From Dehalococcoidia bacterium (lineage in GTDB: Bacteria > Chloroflexota > Dehalococcoidia > Bin125), in NCBI GenBank assembly GCA_963555985.3, contig OY820591.1:704001-768000 (forward strand): a DNA stretch of 64,000 nt. The letters are read 5' to 3'. The translations under genes and the position numbers were made by a program. Shown here piece after piece: positions 1-9,403 of the stretch. Position 1 is the stretch's first letter; the number at the start of each line of letters is the position of its first letter. The notes under the pieces were generated by a model. That model was not told the DNA's origin. It saw only the letters and a list, made by a program, of their open reading frames with translations, and did not search any database.

Positions 1-1449
1 GGCGACTACCTGCTGACCTTCGTTGCTGACAACGACGGCAACCTCACCACCAAGGACGGAACGACCGAGGCGCGCAAGCAGGCGAGCGATACGCTCACCG
101 TCACGATCGGCGACCCGGGCATGGGCATTGCCAGCGCTACGATCTCGCTCGGCAACGCCACGAACGACAATCCGTCCACGCCTGACGACGAGACTGCTCC
201 CGAAACCGGGACGGAGGCGGCCAACGGCGGCGACATCAACCTCGTGATCGAAGTCTTCAACTCGCTGGGTGGCAAGTCCAACTCATCCGCGGTCAACCAG
301 ATCATCGTGATCGCGCCGGGCGGGACGATTGCGAGCACGCATTTGACCGGCGACGGCACGAACACCGCCAGCGGCGACAACAGCGCAACGCTGTCCGAAG
401 TCGACGCGAACACGGAGGGCGATGTTGAACCTGGCGATGTCGGACAGCGGACCGTGATCACGATCACCAAGACCGACAAGAAGCCGGGCACGGTGACCGC
501 CTACGCGATCGTCAGCGGCTCTGGTGGCGCAGAGCGAACCAGCAACATCGATCTGACCTTCACCGGCTCGGCCGGCGCGCTCCAGGTCGACAACGCGACC
601 GATTCGCTGATGGCTCACGCCGACGACAGCGTCACGCTTGAGGTGAGGACGCAAGACGCCAGCGGCAACGCGGCCGCCGTGCCGACTGCCGGCGTCTCAG
701 TCAAGATCACCGATCCGGATGGTAAGCGGGTCAACTCGCCCGCGATCAGCTGGACCCAGCCAACCGCAGGCGCGGACAGGAAGCACCGCATCACGTTGAC
801 CGGCACTGGCTCGGCGACCGCGCCGCTCGTGACCGGTACTTACACCGCCGCCGTCACGAGCGGTAGTCTTTCGGACTCGGCGAGCTTCGTCGTGGCCGGT
901 CCCGCCGCCAGCATCGTCCTTGCGGTCGATAACAACGCCCCCGGCGACGACGACGCCTTCGTGACCGCCACGGCCACCGTGACGGACGCGGGCGGCAACA
1001 CCGTGTCCGACGACACCACGGTCAACTTCAGCGCCAGCGGCAACAACGCGGTGCTTGACCTCGTTGAGATCACTAGTGGTCACAAGACCAAGGGCGGCGT
1101 CTCTGAAGCCTCGTTCGTGGTGATCGGCCCAGGACGCTCCGTGGTCGCGGCTGTTTCCTCCAGCGGCAAGGCCGCCGTGACGGTCAACAGCACCGCCGGC
1201 GCCCCGGCCCCGGCCGAGCCCGCACCTGCTCCGGCTGAGCCGACTGGCGTGGACTGCCTGAGCAACCTGAGCGGCTTCTCGACCTGGACCTGCGAGGGCA
1301 GCACGTCCGCGATGGCGCTGTTCAACGAGATTGGCGTCGCTTCGGCGGTGTCGGTCTGGAACGGCAGCGGCTGGGACAGCTACACCGGCGGCTTCGGCTC
1401 CGTCAACGCCCCGGTCACGCAGTACGCCACGCTGTACATCACGCGTTAG
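1..1449 (+). CDS. Secreted Ig-like repeat surface/S-layer-like protein, 5' truncated by the window edge, with C-terminal Trp-rich domain
   Basis: Frame 1 is open from base 1 (GDYLLTFVADNDG...) into ORF 121..1449. Thr/Ser/Gly/Val-rich beta segments (VTATATVTDAGGNTV), a PAPAEP linker, and C-terminal GFSTW...VSVWNGSGWDSY...LYITR. Paralogous to 1530..4370 and 15946..18288. Confidence 0.7.
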   Translation, partial: GDYLLTFVADNDGNLTTKDGTTEARKQASDTLTVTIGDPGMGIASATISLGNATNDNPSTPDDETAPETGTEAANGGDINLVIEVFNSLGGKSNSSAVNQIIVIAPGGTIASTHLTGDGTNTASGDNSATLSEVDANTEGDVEPGDVGQRTVITITKTDKKPGTVTAYAIVSGSGGAERTSNIDLTFTGSAGALQVDNATDSLMAHADDSVTLEVRTQDASGNAAAVPTAGVSVKITDPDGKRVNSPAISWTQPTAGADRKHRITLTGTGSATAPLVTGTYTAAVTSGSLSDSASFVVAGPAASIVLAVDNNAPGDDDAFVTATATVTDAGGNTVSDDTTVNFSASGNNAVLDLVEITSGHKTKGGVSEASFVVIGPGRSVVAAVSSSGKAAVTVNSTAGAPAPAEPAPAPAEPTGVDCLSNLSGFSTWTCEGSTSAMALFNEIGVASAVSVWNGSGWDSYTGGFGSVNAPVTQYATLYITR

Positions 1450-1473
1450 GAGAGGATTCATGGATCAGAGAGG

Positions 1474-1499
1474 CGGGCGCCCGGCAACGGGCGCCCGGC
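1474..1499 (+). terminator. GC-rich hairpin between the two surface-protein genes
   Basis: cgggcgcccg-gcaa-cgggcgcccg inverted repeat with no U-tract. Confidence 0.35.
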
Positions 1500-1529
1500 T
1501 GAAGACGAGCGACCAGAAAGGACGCTGAA

Positions 1530-4370
1530 ATGGGACGATTCAATCTCCTGCCGCGGTTGGCGGCCGTCGCCCTGGCGACGGTACTGGCTGTGGTGGTGGG
1601 GGCGACGGCGCTCTCACAGCAGGCCCCCGGTTTCGTCGACGTGACCGTCGACGGGGCGATGGCGGGCGACACGATTGCGGTGCCGGGCATGGGCACGTTC
1701 GGCACGGCCGACGCCGATGGCAGCGTGACCGTGACCGTGCCTGAGGCTACGGCCGACAGCCTCAAGGCGATGGCCAACCCGTTCACCGTGAATGGCGAAA
1801 CCGCCGACGGTTCGTGGGACGGCAACACCTACAGCATCGCGCAAGAGGCCGAGGAACCGGCGGAAGAGCCGGCCGAAGAGCCGGCCCCAAGCGGCGCGAT
1901 GACCGACCCCAACCCGCCTGCGGTGAGCGTCGGTCTGAGCCTCAGCTTCCCGCACGACGCGGACGCGACCATCCCCTCGGGCACCAGCACCAAGTTGCAG
2001 CTCGCGCTGAGCGCCAGCTCCTCGCTGAGCAACGCCAGCTACAGCTTCACCTACGACAACGACGCGCTGGGCAACCTCAGCGTGACCACCGGCTTCCTGC
2101 TGCAGGTCGGCGGCGACACCGCTGACAGCGCCGCCCCGGCGCTGGTTCCTGGTCCGTCGGCCGGCGTGATCAGCGTGGACGGCCTGCACGTCGTCGTGCC
2201 CGCCGGCACTGCCGACGGCGCCGTCGCCAACATCGCCGCTGCGGTTGAGGTCGGCGTGACGGTCAACTACACCGACGCCAGCGGTCAAGAGTGGACGTTC
2301 ACTCAGGCCGCCGCCACCGTCACCGGCAGCGCGGCCCTCACGGTCGGCACGGTGCTTCCGGACGCCAATTCGATTGGCTTCGGCTTCAGCGCTGGCATGT
2401 CGGACCACATCCTGCAGATGGCTGGCTCGACCGGCTTCACGCTGAACATCCACAACGCCAACGGTCACCCGTCGCAGATCTCCTCGATCAGCTCGATCAT
2501 TGTCAGCACCGACAACGGTGTGGTCAGCTACACCGGCACGGCCCACGACGACATCATGGGCGGCGTCGACACCGACTGCGGTGGCAACAGCCCGACCTGT
2601 GAGTTGGAACCGGTCAAGGGTTCGCCCTGGCCGCTCAAGGACGGTCAGCTGACCTTCGGCCTGACCGGCGCGACGATGGGCACGTCCAACGTGACGGTCG
2701 CCGTGATCACGCGAGCCGGCGCGGCGATGAATGGTTCGGCATCGGTGGTCGTCTACGGCCCGGCATCCACGCTCATGGTCCAGTTGAACGACCGTGAAGG
2801 CAACCTCCACTACCGCCCGACCGCGGGCGACGACCGCGACATGATCGCATTCACCGTCCGGGCGCATGACGCCAACGGCGTTGCGGTAGGCGTGCCGGCG
2901 CTGTCCGGCAGCGGCACGGGACTGTCCGTGAGCGCTGACAACAGCAGGGCGCTCAACCAGTTGACGCGCTCGCCAATGAGCCGCGGCATCACCGTGATGA
3001 CCGCTGGGATGTTGACCCCGGGCGACGCCTTGGTGAACGTCAGAGGCGGCGCGGCCAGCGGCAGCGGCAGCTTCATTGTTGCCGGTCCGGCGGCCACGAT
3101 TGACGTGTCTGTGGACAACGAGAACCCGACGAAGCTGAGCGACATCGTGCGCGCTGGGGCCAACGTGACCGACGCCAACGGCAATGCCGTGGCCAAGGGC
3201 ACGGTGCTCGAGATTCGCGCGCCCGACCTCGACGGCGACGGCGACAACATCTTGGCGCGTGCGCTGAACCAGCTTCAGCACACGGACCACATGGGCGACT
3301 CGACCGAGCAGGCGTTCGTGACGATCGGCGCCGGCGATGCGGTCGTGACCGCGTGGATCATTGACGCACACGGCGACGCGAACGGCGTCGTGGGCACCAA
3401 GGTTGTCAACAGCACAGCTCTGAGCACCGCCGAGGAAGCTGCAGCGGCGAAGGCCGCGGCTGAGGCTGCGCAGGCTGCAGCTGACGCTGAAGCAGCGGCG
3501 CAGGCCGAGGCTGAAGCAGCGGCGCGGGCCGAGGCTGAAGCAGCGGCAGCAGCGCAGGCCGAGGCTGAAGCAGCGGCGCAGGCCGAGGCCGAGGCTGAAG
3601 CAGCGGCGCAGGCCGAGGCTGAGGCCAAGGCAGCCGAAGAGGCTGAGGCCGCCCGGATCGCCGCCTTCGTGGAGGCGGTCAAGGCCGCGCTCGAGGCTGA
3701 CGCAGCGGCGGAAGCCGCCGCCGAGGCAGCAGCCGCTCAGGCTGCCGAGGAAGCTCGCGCCGCCGAGGAAGCCGCCGCAGCGGCCGAGGCTGAGGCCGAG
3801 GCCCAGCGCCAGGCCGAATTCGACGCAGCGGTCGAGGCCGAAATCGAGCGCCGCGCTCAGGCAGCCGCCGAGGCCGAGCGCCAGGTCGCTGAGGCAGCCG
3901 CCGCCGCTGAAGCCGAAGCTGCCGCGAAGGCCGCTGAGGCAGCCGCCGCCGAGGCCGCCGAGGCCGCCCGCGTGGCGGAAATCGAGGCAGCCGTCCAGGC
4001 CGCGCTCGACGCCGAGGCCGCCGCTGAGGAAGCTGTGCGCCAGGCCGCTGAAGAGGCAGCAGCCGCCGCCGCCGCCGAAGCTGCCGCCGCGGCCGCTGAA
4101 GCCGCCGCCGCCGCCGCGGCCGCCGCTGAAGCCGCCGCCGCTGAAGTCGCCGCCGAAACCGCGCGACTGTCCGGCGTGAGCGGCTTCGCCAGCTGGCTCT
4201 CCAGCACCCCGACCAGCGCCAGCGCGCTCTTCGCCGAGCTCGACCCCGCTGCCATCCACCTCTGGAACGGCTCCACCTGGGTCCGCTACTCGGTCGTGGA
4301 CGGGGCGATGGTACCCGGCTCGGTCGACTTCGAGATCATGCGCGGCGACGTGCTCTACATCGGCAGCTAA
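1530..4370 (+). CDS. Secreted surface protein: signal peptide, Ig-like domains, ~240 aa Ala/Glu helical stalk, C-terminal Trp-rich domain
   Basis: N-terminal hydrophobic signal (LAAVALATVLAVVVGATALS), Ig-like segments shared with paralogs, AEAEAAA repeats, and C-terminal GFASW...IHLWNGSTWVRY...PGSVDFEIMRGDVLYI. Confidence 0.8.
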   Translation: MGRFNLLPRLAAVALATVLAVVVGATALSQQAPGFVDVTVDGAMAGDTIAVPGMGTFGTADADGSVTVTVPEATADSLKAMANPFTVNGETADGSWDGNTYSIAQEAEEPAEEPAEEPAPSGAMTDPNPPAVSVGLSLSFPHDADATIPSGTSTKLQLALSASSSLSNASYSFTYDNDALGNLSVTTGFLLQVGGDTADSAAPALVPGPSAGVISVDGLHVVVPAGTADGAVANIAAAVEVGVTVNYTDASGQEWTFTQAAATVTGSAALTVGTVLPDANSIGFGFSAGMSDHILQMAGSTGFTLNIHNANGHPSQISSISSIIVSTDNGVVSYTGTAHDDIMGGVDTDCGGNSPTCELEPVKGSPWPLKDGQLTFGLTGATMGTSNVTVAVITRAGAAMNGSASVVVYGPASTLMVQLNDREGNLHYRPTAGDDRDMIAFTVRAHDANGVAVGVPALSGSGTGLSVSADNSRALNQLTRSPMSRGITVMTAGMLTPGDALVNVRGGAASGSGSFIVAGPAATIDVSVDNENPTKLSDIVRAGANVTDANGNAVAKGTVLEIRAPDLDGDGDNILARALNQLQHTDHMGDSTEQAFVTIGAGDAVVTAWIIDAHGDANGVVGTKVVNSTALSTAEEAAAAKAAAEAAQAAADAEAAAQAEAEAAARAEAEAAAAAQAEAEAAAQAEAEAEAAAQAEAEAKAAEEAEAARIAAFVEAVKAALEADAAAEAAAEAAAAQAAEEARAAEEAAAAAEAEAEAQRQAEFDAAVEAEIERRAQAAAEAERQVAEAAAAAEAEAAAKAAEAAAAEAAEAARVAEIEAAVQAALDAEAAAEEAVRQAAEEAAAAAAAEAAAAAAEAAAAAAAAAEAAAAEVAAETARLSGVSGFASWLSSTPTSASALFAELDPAAIHLWNGSTWVRYSVVDGAMVPGSVDFEIMRGDVLYIGS
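3430..4160 (+). repeat. Low-complexity coding tandem repeats (gccgaggctgaagcagcggcgcag-like units) encoding an Ala/Glu helix
   Basis: Near-identical 21-27 bp units at 3490-3625 and Ala/Glu-rich repeats onward. Confidence 0.8.
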
Positions 4371-4463
4371 GCGAAAGGTTCATCGTCCCGGGGCGTCCGC
4401 TGGGCGCTCCGGGGCGGGTTCCCCCGCTCGGCTACGAAGTAGTAGCGGAGTAAGGAGAGAGAA

Positions 4464-5168
4464 ATGGCACGCAGCACACTCACTCGCCTGCTCGCCGTCG
4501 CCGCGGCCCTGGTCGCACTCACTGCGCTGACCGCGTCCGCGCTGGCGCAGCCCGGCCCCCAGCACCGCTTCTACGGCAGCGGCGTGATGGTGGACGGCGA
4601 AGCGGCTCCGGCCGGGACGATGATTTCGGCCTGGGTCGACGGCGCGGTCGTTGGTTCGACCACGACCGACGCCGACGGCGTCTGGTACATCGACGTCGAC
4701 GGCGGTCAGAGCGTCGTCTTCTCAGTCGGCGAACTGGTCGCGGAGGGCAGCTACGACAGCATCACGGGCGGCCAGACCAACGTCAGCCTCTCGGTGATGA
4801 CGCCGCCGCCTCCTGAGCCGGAGCCGGACCCCTGTCCTGAGGACGGGATGATGGAAGACGGCATGATGGAGGACGACGACGCCATGATGTCGGAAGATGA
4901 CGACGCCATGATGTCGGAAGACGGCGACTCCATGATGGACGGCGACGCCATGCTCGACTGCCCCGAACCGGGCGACGAGATGGACGGCATGGAAGAGGAC
5001 GACATGGACGAGCAGCCGCTGGAGCCTCAGTATCCAGCCGGCGGCAGCGGCGGACTGGCCACTGAGGGTGGCCTCTCCACCGGCCTGATCGGCCTCCTGG
5101 CCGCTCTGGCTCTGGTCGCAGTGAGCGGAGCCGGCTTCGCCGCGCGCCGCTTGCGCCACCGCGCCTAA
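4464..5168 (+). CDS. Secreted RFYG-domain protein with Met/Asp-rich linker and C-terminal sorting signal (YPAGGSGGL-TM-RRLRHR)
   Basis: Signal peptide ending ASALA, then HRFYG..V.VDG..AP.GT.I.AW domain, acidic Met-rich linker, TM helix and basic tail. Paralogs at 22215 and 31713. Confidence 0.8.
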   Translation: MARSTLTRLLAVAAALVALTALTASALAQPGPQHRFYGSGVMVDGEAAPAGTMISAWVDGAVVGSTTTDADGVWYIDVDGGQSVVFSVGELVAEGSYDSITGGQTNVSLSVMTPPPPEPEPDPCPEDGMMEDGMMEDDDAMMSEDDDAMMSEDGDSMMDGDAMLDCPEPGDEMDGMEEDDMDEQPLEPQYPAGGSGGLATEGGLSTGLIGLLAALALVAVSGAGFAARRLRHRA

Positions 5169-5200
5169 CGCGTCCAAGTCTCCCTGCAAGGGAGTCCCAG

Positions 5201-5230
5201 CGAGGGCGGGGCCGCAAGGTCCCGCCCTCG
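5201..5230 (+). terminator. Strong hairpin after the surface-protein cluster
   Basis: cgagggcggggcc-gcaa-ggtcccgccctcg stem-loop. Confidence 0.5.
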
Positions 5231-5248
5231 TTGCGTCTGCGCAGAATG

Positions 5249-5280
5249 CTCCCCCCCTTGCGGGGGGAGAAGGGCAGAGA
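5249..5280 (+). repeat. REP-like palindrome, family B (ctccccc-N-gggggaga), degenerate
   Basis: ctcccccccttgcggggggaga resembles the copies at 20827, 20994, 27140, 55297 and 56062. Confidence 0.55.
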
Positions 5281-5358
5281 GACGAAGCCAACGGCGCACA
5301 AGCCAACGATCGGCTAGCCTGAAATTCCTCACCCCCACACCTAGAGGAGCACATCCCA

Positions 5359-7023
5359 ATGGCTGAATTGACTGGCGCGCAGATTGTCGCCAAGTCCCTC
5401 AAGACTCAGGGCGTCCAGGAAATGTTTGGACTCGTCGGCGTGCCCGTCGTGCCGATCTCGATTGCCTGGATGCAGGAAGGCATGCCCTTCGTCGGCGTCC
5501 GCCACGAGCAGGCCGCCGGCTACGCGGCTCAGGCTGCGTCGTACATGCGCACCCACCTCTCCGCTGCGCTCGTCGTCTCCGGGCCGGGCATGACCAACGC
5601 GATCTCCGCGCTCGGCAACGCGCAGGCCAACTGCTGGCCGATGATCCTGATCGGCGGCGCCGCCAACGTCACGCTCTCGCAGATGGGCGACTTCCAGGAC
5701 GCGCCCCAGGTTGAGGCCGCCCGCCCCTTCGTCAAGTGGTCCGACCAGGCCCGCGACGTGCGTCTGATTCCGCGCCTGATCGCCCAGGCCACCCGCGCCG
5801 CCATTAATGGCCGCCCCGGTCCCGTCTACCTCGATCTGCCCGGCGACATCATCGACGCCAAGGTTGACGAAGACGAGGTTCGCTGGGCCCCCGCCGTCGA
5901 GGAACCAAGCCGCCCGATGGTCTCGAGCGAGTCCGTCGAGGCTGCAATCGAGGCGCTCAAGACCGCTTCCAACCCGCTCGTGATCGTAGGCAAGGGCATG
6001 GCTTGGTCTAAGGCCGAGCAGGAAGTCCAGGAGTTCGTCGACAAGACCGGTATCCCCTGGCTCGCCACGCCGATGGGCGCCGGCGTCGTCCCCGCCGACG
6101 CGCCCAACAACGCCGCCGCCGCCCGCACCCACGTGCTCCGCAACGCCGACCTGGTCGTGCTGTTGGGCGCGCGTTTCAACTGGATCCTCCACTTCGGCCG
6201 CCCGCCCCGCTTCCGCGAAGATGTGCGCGTGATCCAGCTCGACATCGAACCGGAGGAGATCGGCACCAACGTCCCCACCGAGGTCGCCCTCGTCGGCGAC
6301 GGCAAGGCCGTCATGGGCCAGCTCAACGAGTACCTGGACGAGAACCCCTGGCAGTTCGAGGACAACTCCGAGTGGATCGCTTCGATTAATGCCGAACTCG
6401 AGCGCAAGGCGGTCGACCAGGCCCAGTGGATGGCCTCCGACGAAGCGCCGATGAACTACTACCGCCCGCTCAAAGAAATCCAGGACCGGATGCCGCGCGA
6501 CGCCGTCTTCGTCACCGAAGGCGAGAACACGATGGCGATCGCCCGCCAGGTGATCCAGTCCTACGAGCCGCGCAAGCGCCTCGATGCCGGTACCTGGGGC
6601 ACGATGGGCGTCGGCCCCGGCTTTGCCCTCGCCGCTCAGGTCGTCAACCCCGGCAAGCGCGTGATCGCGCTCGAAGGCGACGCCGCCTTCGGCTTTGGCC
6701 CCTCCGAGGTCGAGACCGCCGTCCGCCACAAGCTGCCGATCACCTGGATCATTTTCAACAACAACGGCATCGGCGGCGGCGCGCCGGAACTGCCGGACGA
6801 GTACGGTCCGGGCGAGTTGTCACCGGGTCAGCTCACGCCCATGGCGCACTACGAGATGATCATGGAGGCCTTCGGCGGCAAGGGCTACTACTGCAGCAGC
6901 CCCGAAGAGCTCGAGGCCGCGCTCGACGACTCCTTCCAGCAAGAAGGCTCAACCCTGATCAACGTCGAGATCTCGCCGGGCGCCCAGCGCCGCCAGCAGC
7001 AGTTCGGCTGGCTCCAGCGCTAA
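5359..7023 (+). CDS. TPP-dependent 2-hydroxyacyl-CoA lyase / oxalyl-CoA decarboxylase family enzyme
   Basis: RHEQAAGYAA, VSGPGMTN, RLDAGTWGTMGVG, TPP motif GDAAFGF...NNNGI, and a HACL-like C-terminus QQQFGWLQR. RBS gaggag. Confidence 0.9.
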   Translation: MAELTGAQIVAKSLKTQGVQEMFGLVGVPVVPISIAWMQEGMPFVGVRHEQAAGYAAQAASYMRTHLSAALVVSGPGMTNAISALGNAQANCWPMILIGGAANVTLSQMGDFQDAPQVEAARPFVKWSDQARDVRLIPRLIAQATRAAINGRPGPVYLDLPGDIIDAKVDEDEVRWAPAVEEPSRPMVSSESVEAAIEALKTASNPLVIVGKGMAWSKAEQEVQEFVDKTGIPWLATPMGAGVVPADAPNNAAAARTHVLRNADLVVLLGARFNWILHFGRPPRFREDVRVIQLDIEPEEIGTNVPTEVALVGDGKAVMGQLNEYLDENPWQFEDNSEWIASINAELERKAVDQAQWMASDEAPMNYYRPLKEIQDRMPRDAVFVTEGENTMAIARQVIQSYEPRKRLDAGTWGTMGVGPGFALAAQVVNPGKRVIALEGDAAFGFGPSEVETAVRHKLPITWIIFNNNGIGGGAPELPDEYGPGELSPGQLTPMAHYEMIMEAFGGKGYYCSSPEELEAALDDSFQQEGSTLINVEISPGAQRRQQQFGWLQR

Positions 7024-7031
7024 AGGAACAA

Positions 7032-7063
7032 CCTCTCCCCCCGCATTGCGAGGGGAGAATGTC
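7032..7063 (+). repeat. REP-like palindrome, family B, between convergent genes
   Basis: cctctcccccgcattgcgaggggagaatgtc. Confidence 0.5.
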
Positions 7064-7078
7064 CCGCCGAGACTCTCG

Positions 7079-8260
7079 CTAACTCTGAATCCAAACCCCC
7101 GGCACGTCCACTACGACCCAAACCGCATCCCCCGGCTCCAGCGTCCCCAGAGAATCCAGCGGCGCACCCGGGACCCAGATCAGCCATGTCTCCGTGACCG
7201 CATCCCAGCGGTACGCATGAGACAGCCCGGCGATCGATCCCAACGCCTCCGCTGCCGAGGCTGTCCTCCGCTGCCACGAAACCAGATTGCGCCCAGGCGC
7301 CAACGCGATCTCTACGCGCGCGCCGGGAGTCGCAAGCGGCGGCAGCCAGGCTCCGTCCTCCGCCAGCTCAGCCCAGACTGCCGATCCGGCGGGCAACCAC
7401 CGCTGTCCAACGAAGGCTGCGCTCGAAGCGGCGGGGTGATAGCGCTCGAAGTGCTGAATGTCGGCGTGCCAGAGATAGAACGCCACAATCGGCGCATTGA
7501 GCGACTGGAAGTGCGCCGCCACTGTCGTCTCGCTGGGCACGCCAACCATCCGCCAACCCCCAACCGGCGCTTCAATCGCGGGAGTCTCCTCCTCCGGCGG
7601 CGGCGAGGTCTCGGCAGGGGGTGGGTCCGGCGCCGAATTTGAATCCGGAGGCGCAGTCCATCCGGGAGCGTTAGTCGAGACGAACTCGCGCCCGTAGTGG
7701 AGGTTGTATTCGTCCGTCCAGGGCAGATCGTGTCCCTCAAGCGCATAGTTGTTGGTGAAGGGAATAGACGGCCCAAGAATTCCTCCACCGCGCGAATGAT
7801 GGATCGCGTAGTGGATGTGAGCCAAACCGTAGTTGTTGCACTCGAACTCTGGGCAGACCACAGCCACCTGCTCACCGACCGAGACCGCTGAGCCGCGCTG
7901 AAGCTGGCCAAGTGGGGAGACATGGCAAAGCAGATGCTCGAATCCCGCGGCGTCTGTGATCATCAGGCAGTCCCAAGCCCGCCACCGTACCGTGCCATCG
8001 ATTGGTGAGAGCACCGGTGTGTATGACGTGGTTTCGCGCGGTACTCGCACGAGGTCGATGGCGTGGGGATCGTTGTCGTCGTGGACGGAGTGCGAATCAG
8101 TGTTGTATCCGGCGACGACGCTCCAGGTGGTGCCCGCCGGAGCGGGAATGGGCACGCCTCCATCGGCGCGAACCGGCGCGGCGCACAGGACCCAGGCGAC
8201 GGCGACCAGCAGCGCGGCCAGAGCGACAGCGCGTAATGCGCGGTGTAGATGCCGGATCAT
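7079..8260 (-). CDS. Secreted M23-family peptidase-like protein with two C-terminal Trp-rich domains
   Basis: Signal peptide from MIRHLHR..., H...AIDL and HIH zinc motifs, V..G..V pattern, Pro-rich linker, and two GW/GRNLVSW...W...W...PG.AVW repeats. Confidence 0.7.
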   Translation of the reverse strand: MIRHLHRALRAVALAALLVAVAWVLCAAPVRADGGVPIPAPAGTTWSVVAGYNTDSHSVHDDNDPHAIDLVRVPRETTSYTPVLSPIDGTVRWRAWDCLMITDAAGFEHLLCHVSPLGQLQRGSAVSVGEQVAVVCPEFECNNYGLAHIHYAIHHSRGGGILGPSIPFTNNYALEGHDLPWTDEYNLHYGREFVSTNAPGWTAPPDSNSAPDPPPAETSPPPEEETPAIEAPVGGWRMVGVPSETTVAAHFQSLNAPIVAFYLWHADIQHFERYHPAASSAAFVGQRWLPAGSAVWAELAEDGAWLPPLATPGARVEIALAPGRNLVSWQRRTASAAEALGSIAGLSHAYRWDAVTETWLIWVPGAPLDSLGTLEPGDAVWVVVDVPGVWIQS

Positions 8261-8424
8261 CTCGCGCCCTCTCCCATCGTCCCGAAGCACCGAGCGGATG
8301 CACGTTGTTCCTATCTGGAACGGAATGCTCTTCCATTCTGCCAAGTTTCCGCGATCAGGTCGTAAGATCAAAGCGTGGATCATTAGCAGGGACAGCTCCG
8401 ATGGCGGATCGAAAGGATGGGGGC

Positions 8425-9375
8425 ATGAAGTACCGGCGCTTGGGTAATTCCGGCTTGCAGGTCTCGCTCGCAGGACTGGGAACGAACAACTTCGGCATGA
8501 GGCTCGATTACGAACGGTCGAAGTCGGTGGTGGATGCAGCGCTGGATGCCGGGATCAATTTCTTCGACACGGCCGACATCTACGGTGGCGGTCTGTCGGA
8601 GGAGTACTTGGGCCGCGCGCTGGGTTCGCGCCGAGAGGACGTGCTGATCGCGACCAAGTTTGCGATGCCGGTCGGCGAGGGCCCATTCACGCGCGGCGGT
8701 TCGCGCCACTACATCGAGAAGGCGGTCGCGCGCTCGCTGAAGCGCCTGGGCACCGACTACATCGACGTGTACCAAATGCATCAACCGGACTCGGAGACGC
8801 CGATCGCAGAGACGCTGGAGGCGCTGACCGACCTCGTACATCGAGGCGTCGTGCGCTACATCGGCCACTCCAACTTCACGGGCTGGCAGATCGCCGATGC
8901 GGATTGGACGGCGCGCAGCCGCGGACTCGAGCGGTTCGTTTCGGCGCAGAATGAATGGAGCCTGCTGGAGCGCAAGATCGAGCCGGAGATCATGCCTGCC
9001 TGCCGTGAGTTCGGCTTGGGCCAGCTCCCGTTCTTCCCGCTCGCCTCGGGCTTTCTAACCGGTAAGTACCGGCGCGGTGAGGCTTTGCCGGAGGGAACGA
9101 GACTCGCTGCTTGGGCGAAAGCGATGCCGGCGCGGATCGACACACTGACCGCCGATGCAAACTTCGACAAACTCGACGCGCTCACCTCGTTCGCGGAGGA
9201 GCGTGGGCATACGATTCTTGATCTGGCATTGAGCTGGCTGGCGAGTGATCCGGCGGTCTCGTCGGTGATTGCCGGAGCTACGCGGCCAGAGCAGATCGAG
9301 GCGAACGTGACCGCCACGCTCTCTTGGGAACTGAGCGCGGAGGACTACGCCGGCGTGGATGCGATCCTGAGCTAG
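8425..9375 (+). CDS. Aldo/keto reductase
   Basis: MKYRRLGNSGLQVS..GLGTNNFG, FFDTADIYG, SLKRLGTDYIDVYQMH, PLASGFLTGKY. Confidence 0.93.
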   Translation: MKYRRLGNSGLQVSLAGLGTNNFGMRLDYERSKSVVDAALDAGINFFDTADIYGGGLSEEYLGRALGSRREDVLIATKFAMPVGEGPFTRGGSRHYIEKAVARSLKRLGTDYIDVYQMHQPDSETPIAETLEALTDLVHRGVVRYIGHSNFTGWQIADADWTARSRGLERFVSAQNEWSLLERKIEPEIMPACREFGLGQLPFFPLASGFLTGKYRRGEALPEGTRLAAWAKAMPARIDTLTADANFDKLDALTSFAEERGHTILDLALSWLASDPAVSSVIAGATRPEQIEANVTATLSWELSAEDYAGVDAILS

Positions 9376-9403
9376 CGCACGTTTTTCGTTCAAGACACGG
9401 TTG

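Noticed and set aside
1614-4259. 881 aa antisense ORF and similar long shadow ORFs (5341..6729, 10841..12208, 12902..14635, 24159..25880, 58464..60014)
   Set aside because: They lie antisense to well-supported genes, which is expected in high-GC DNA, and show no recognisable motifs.
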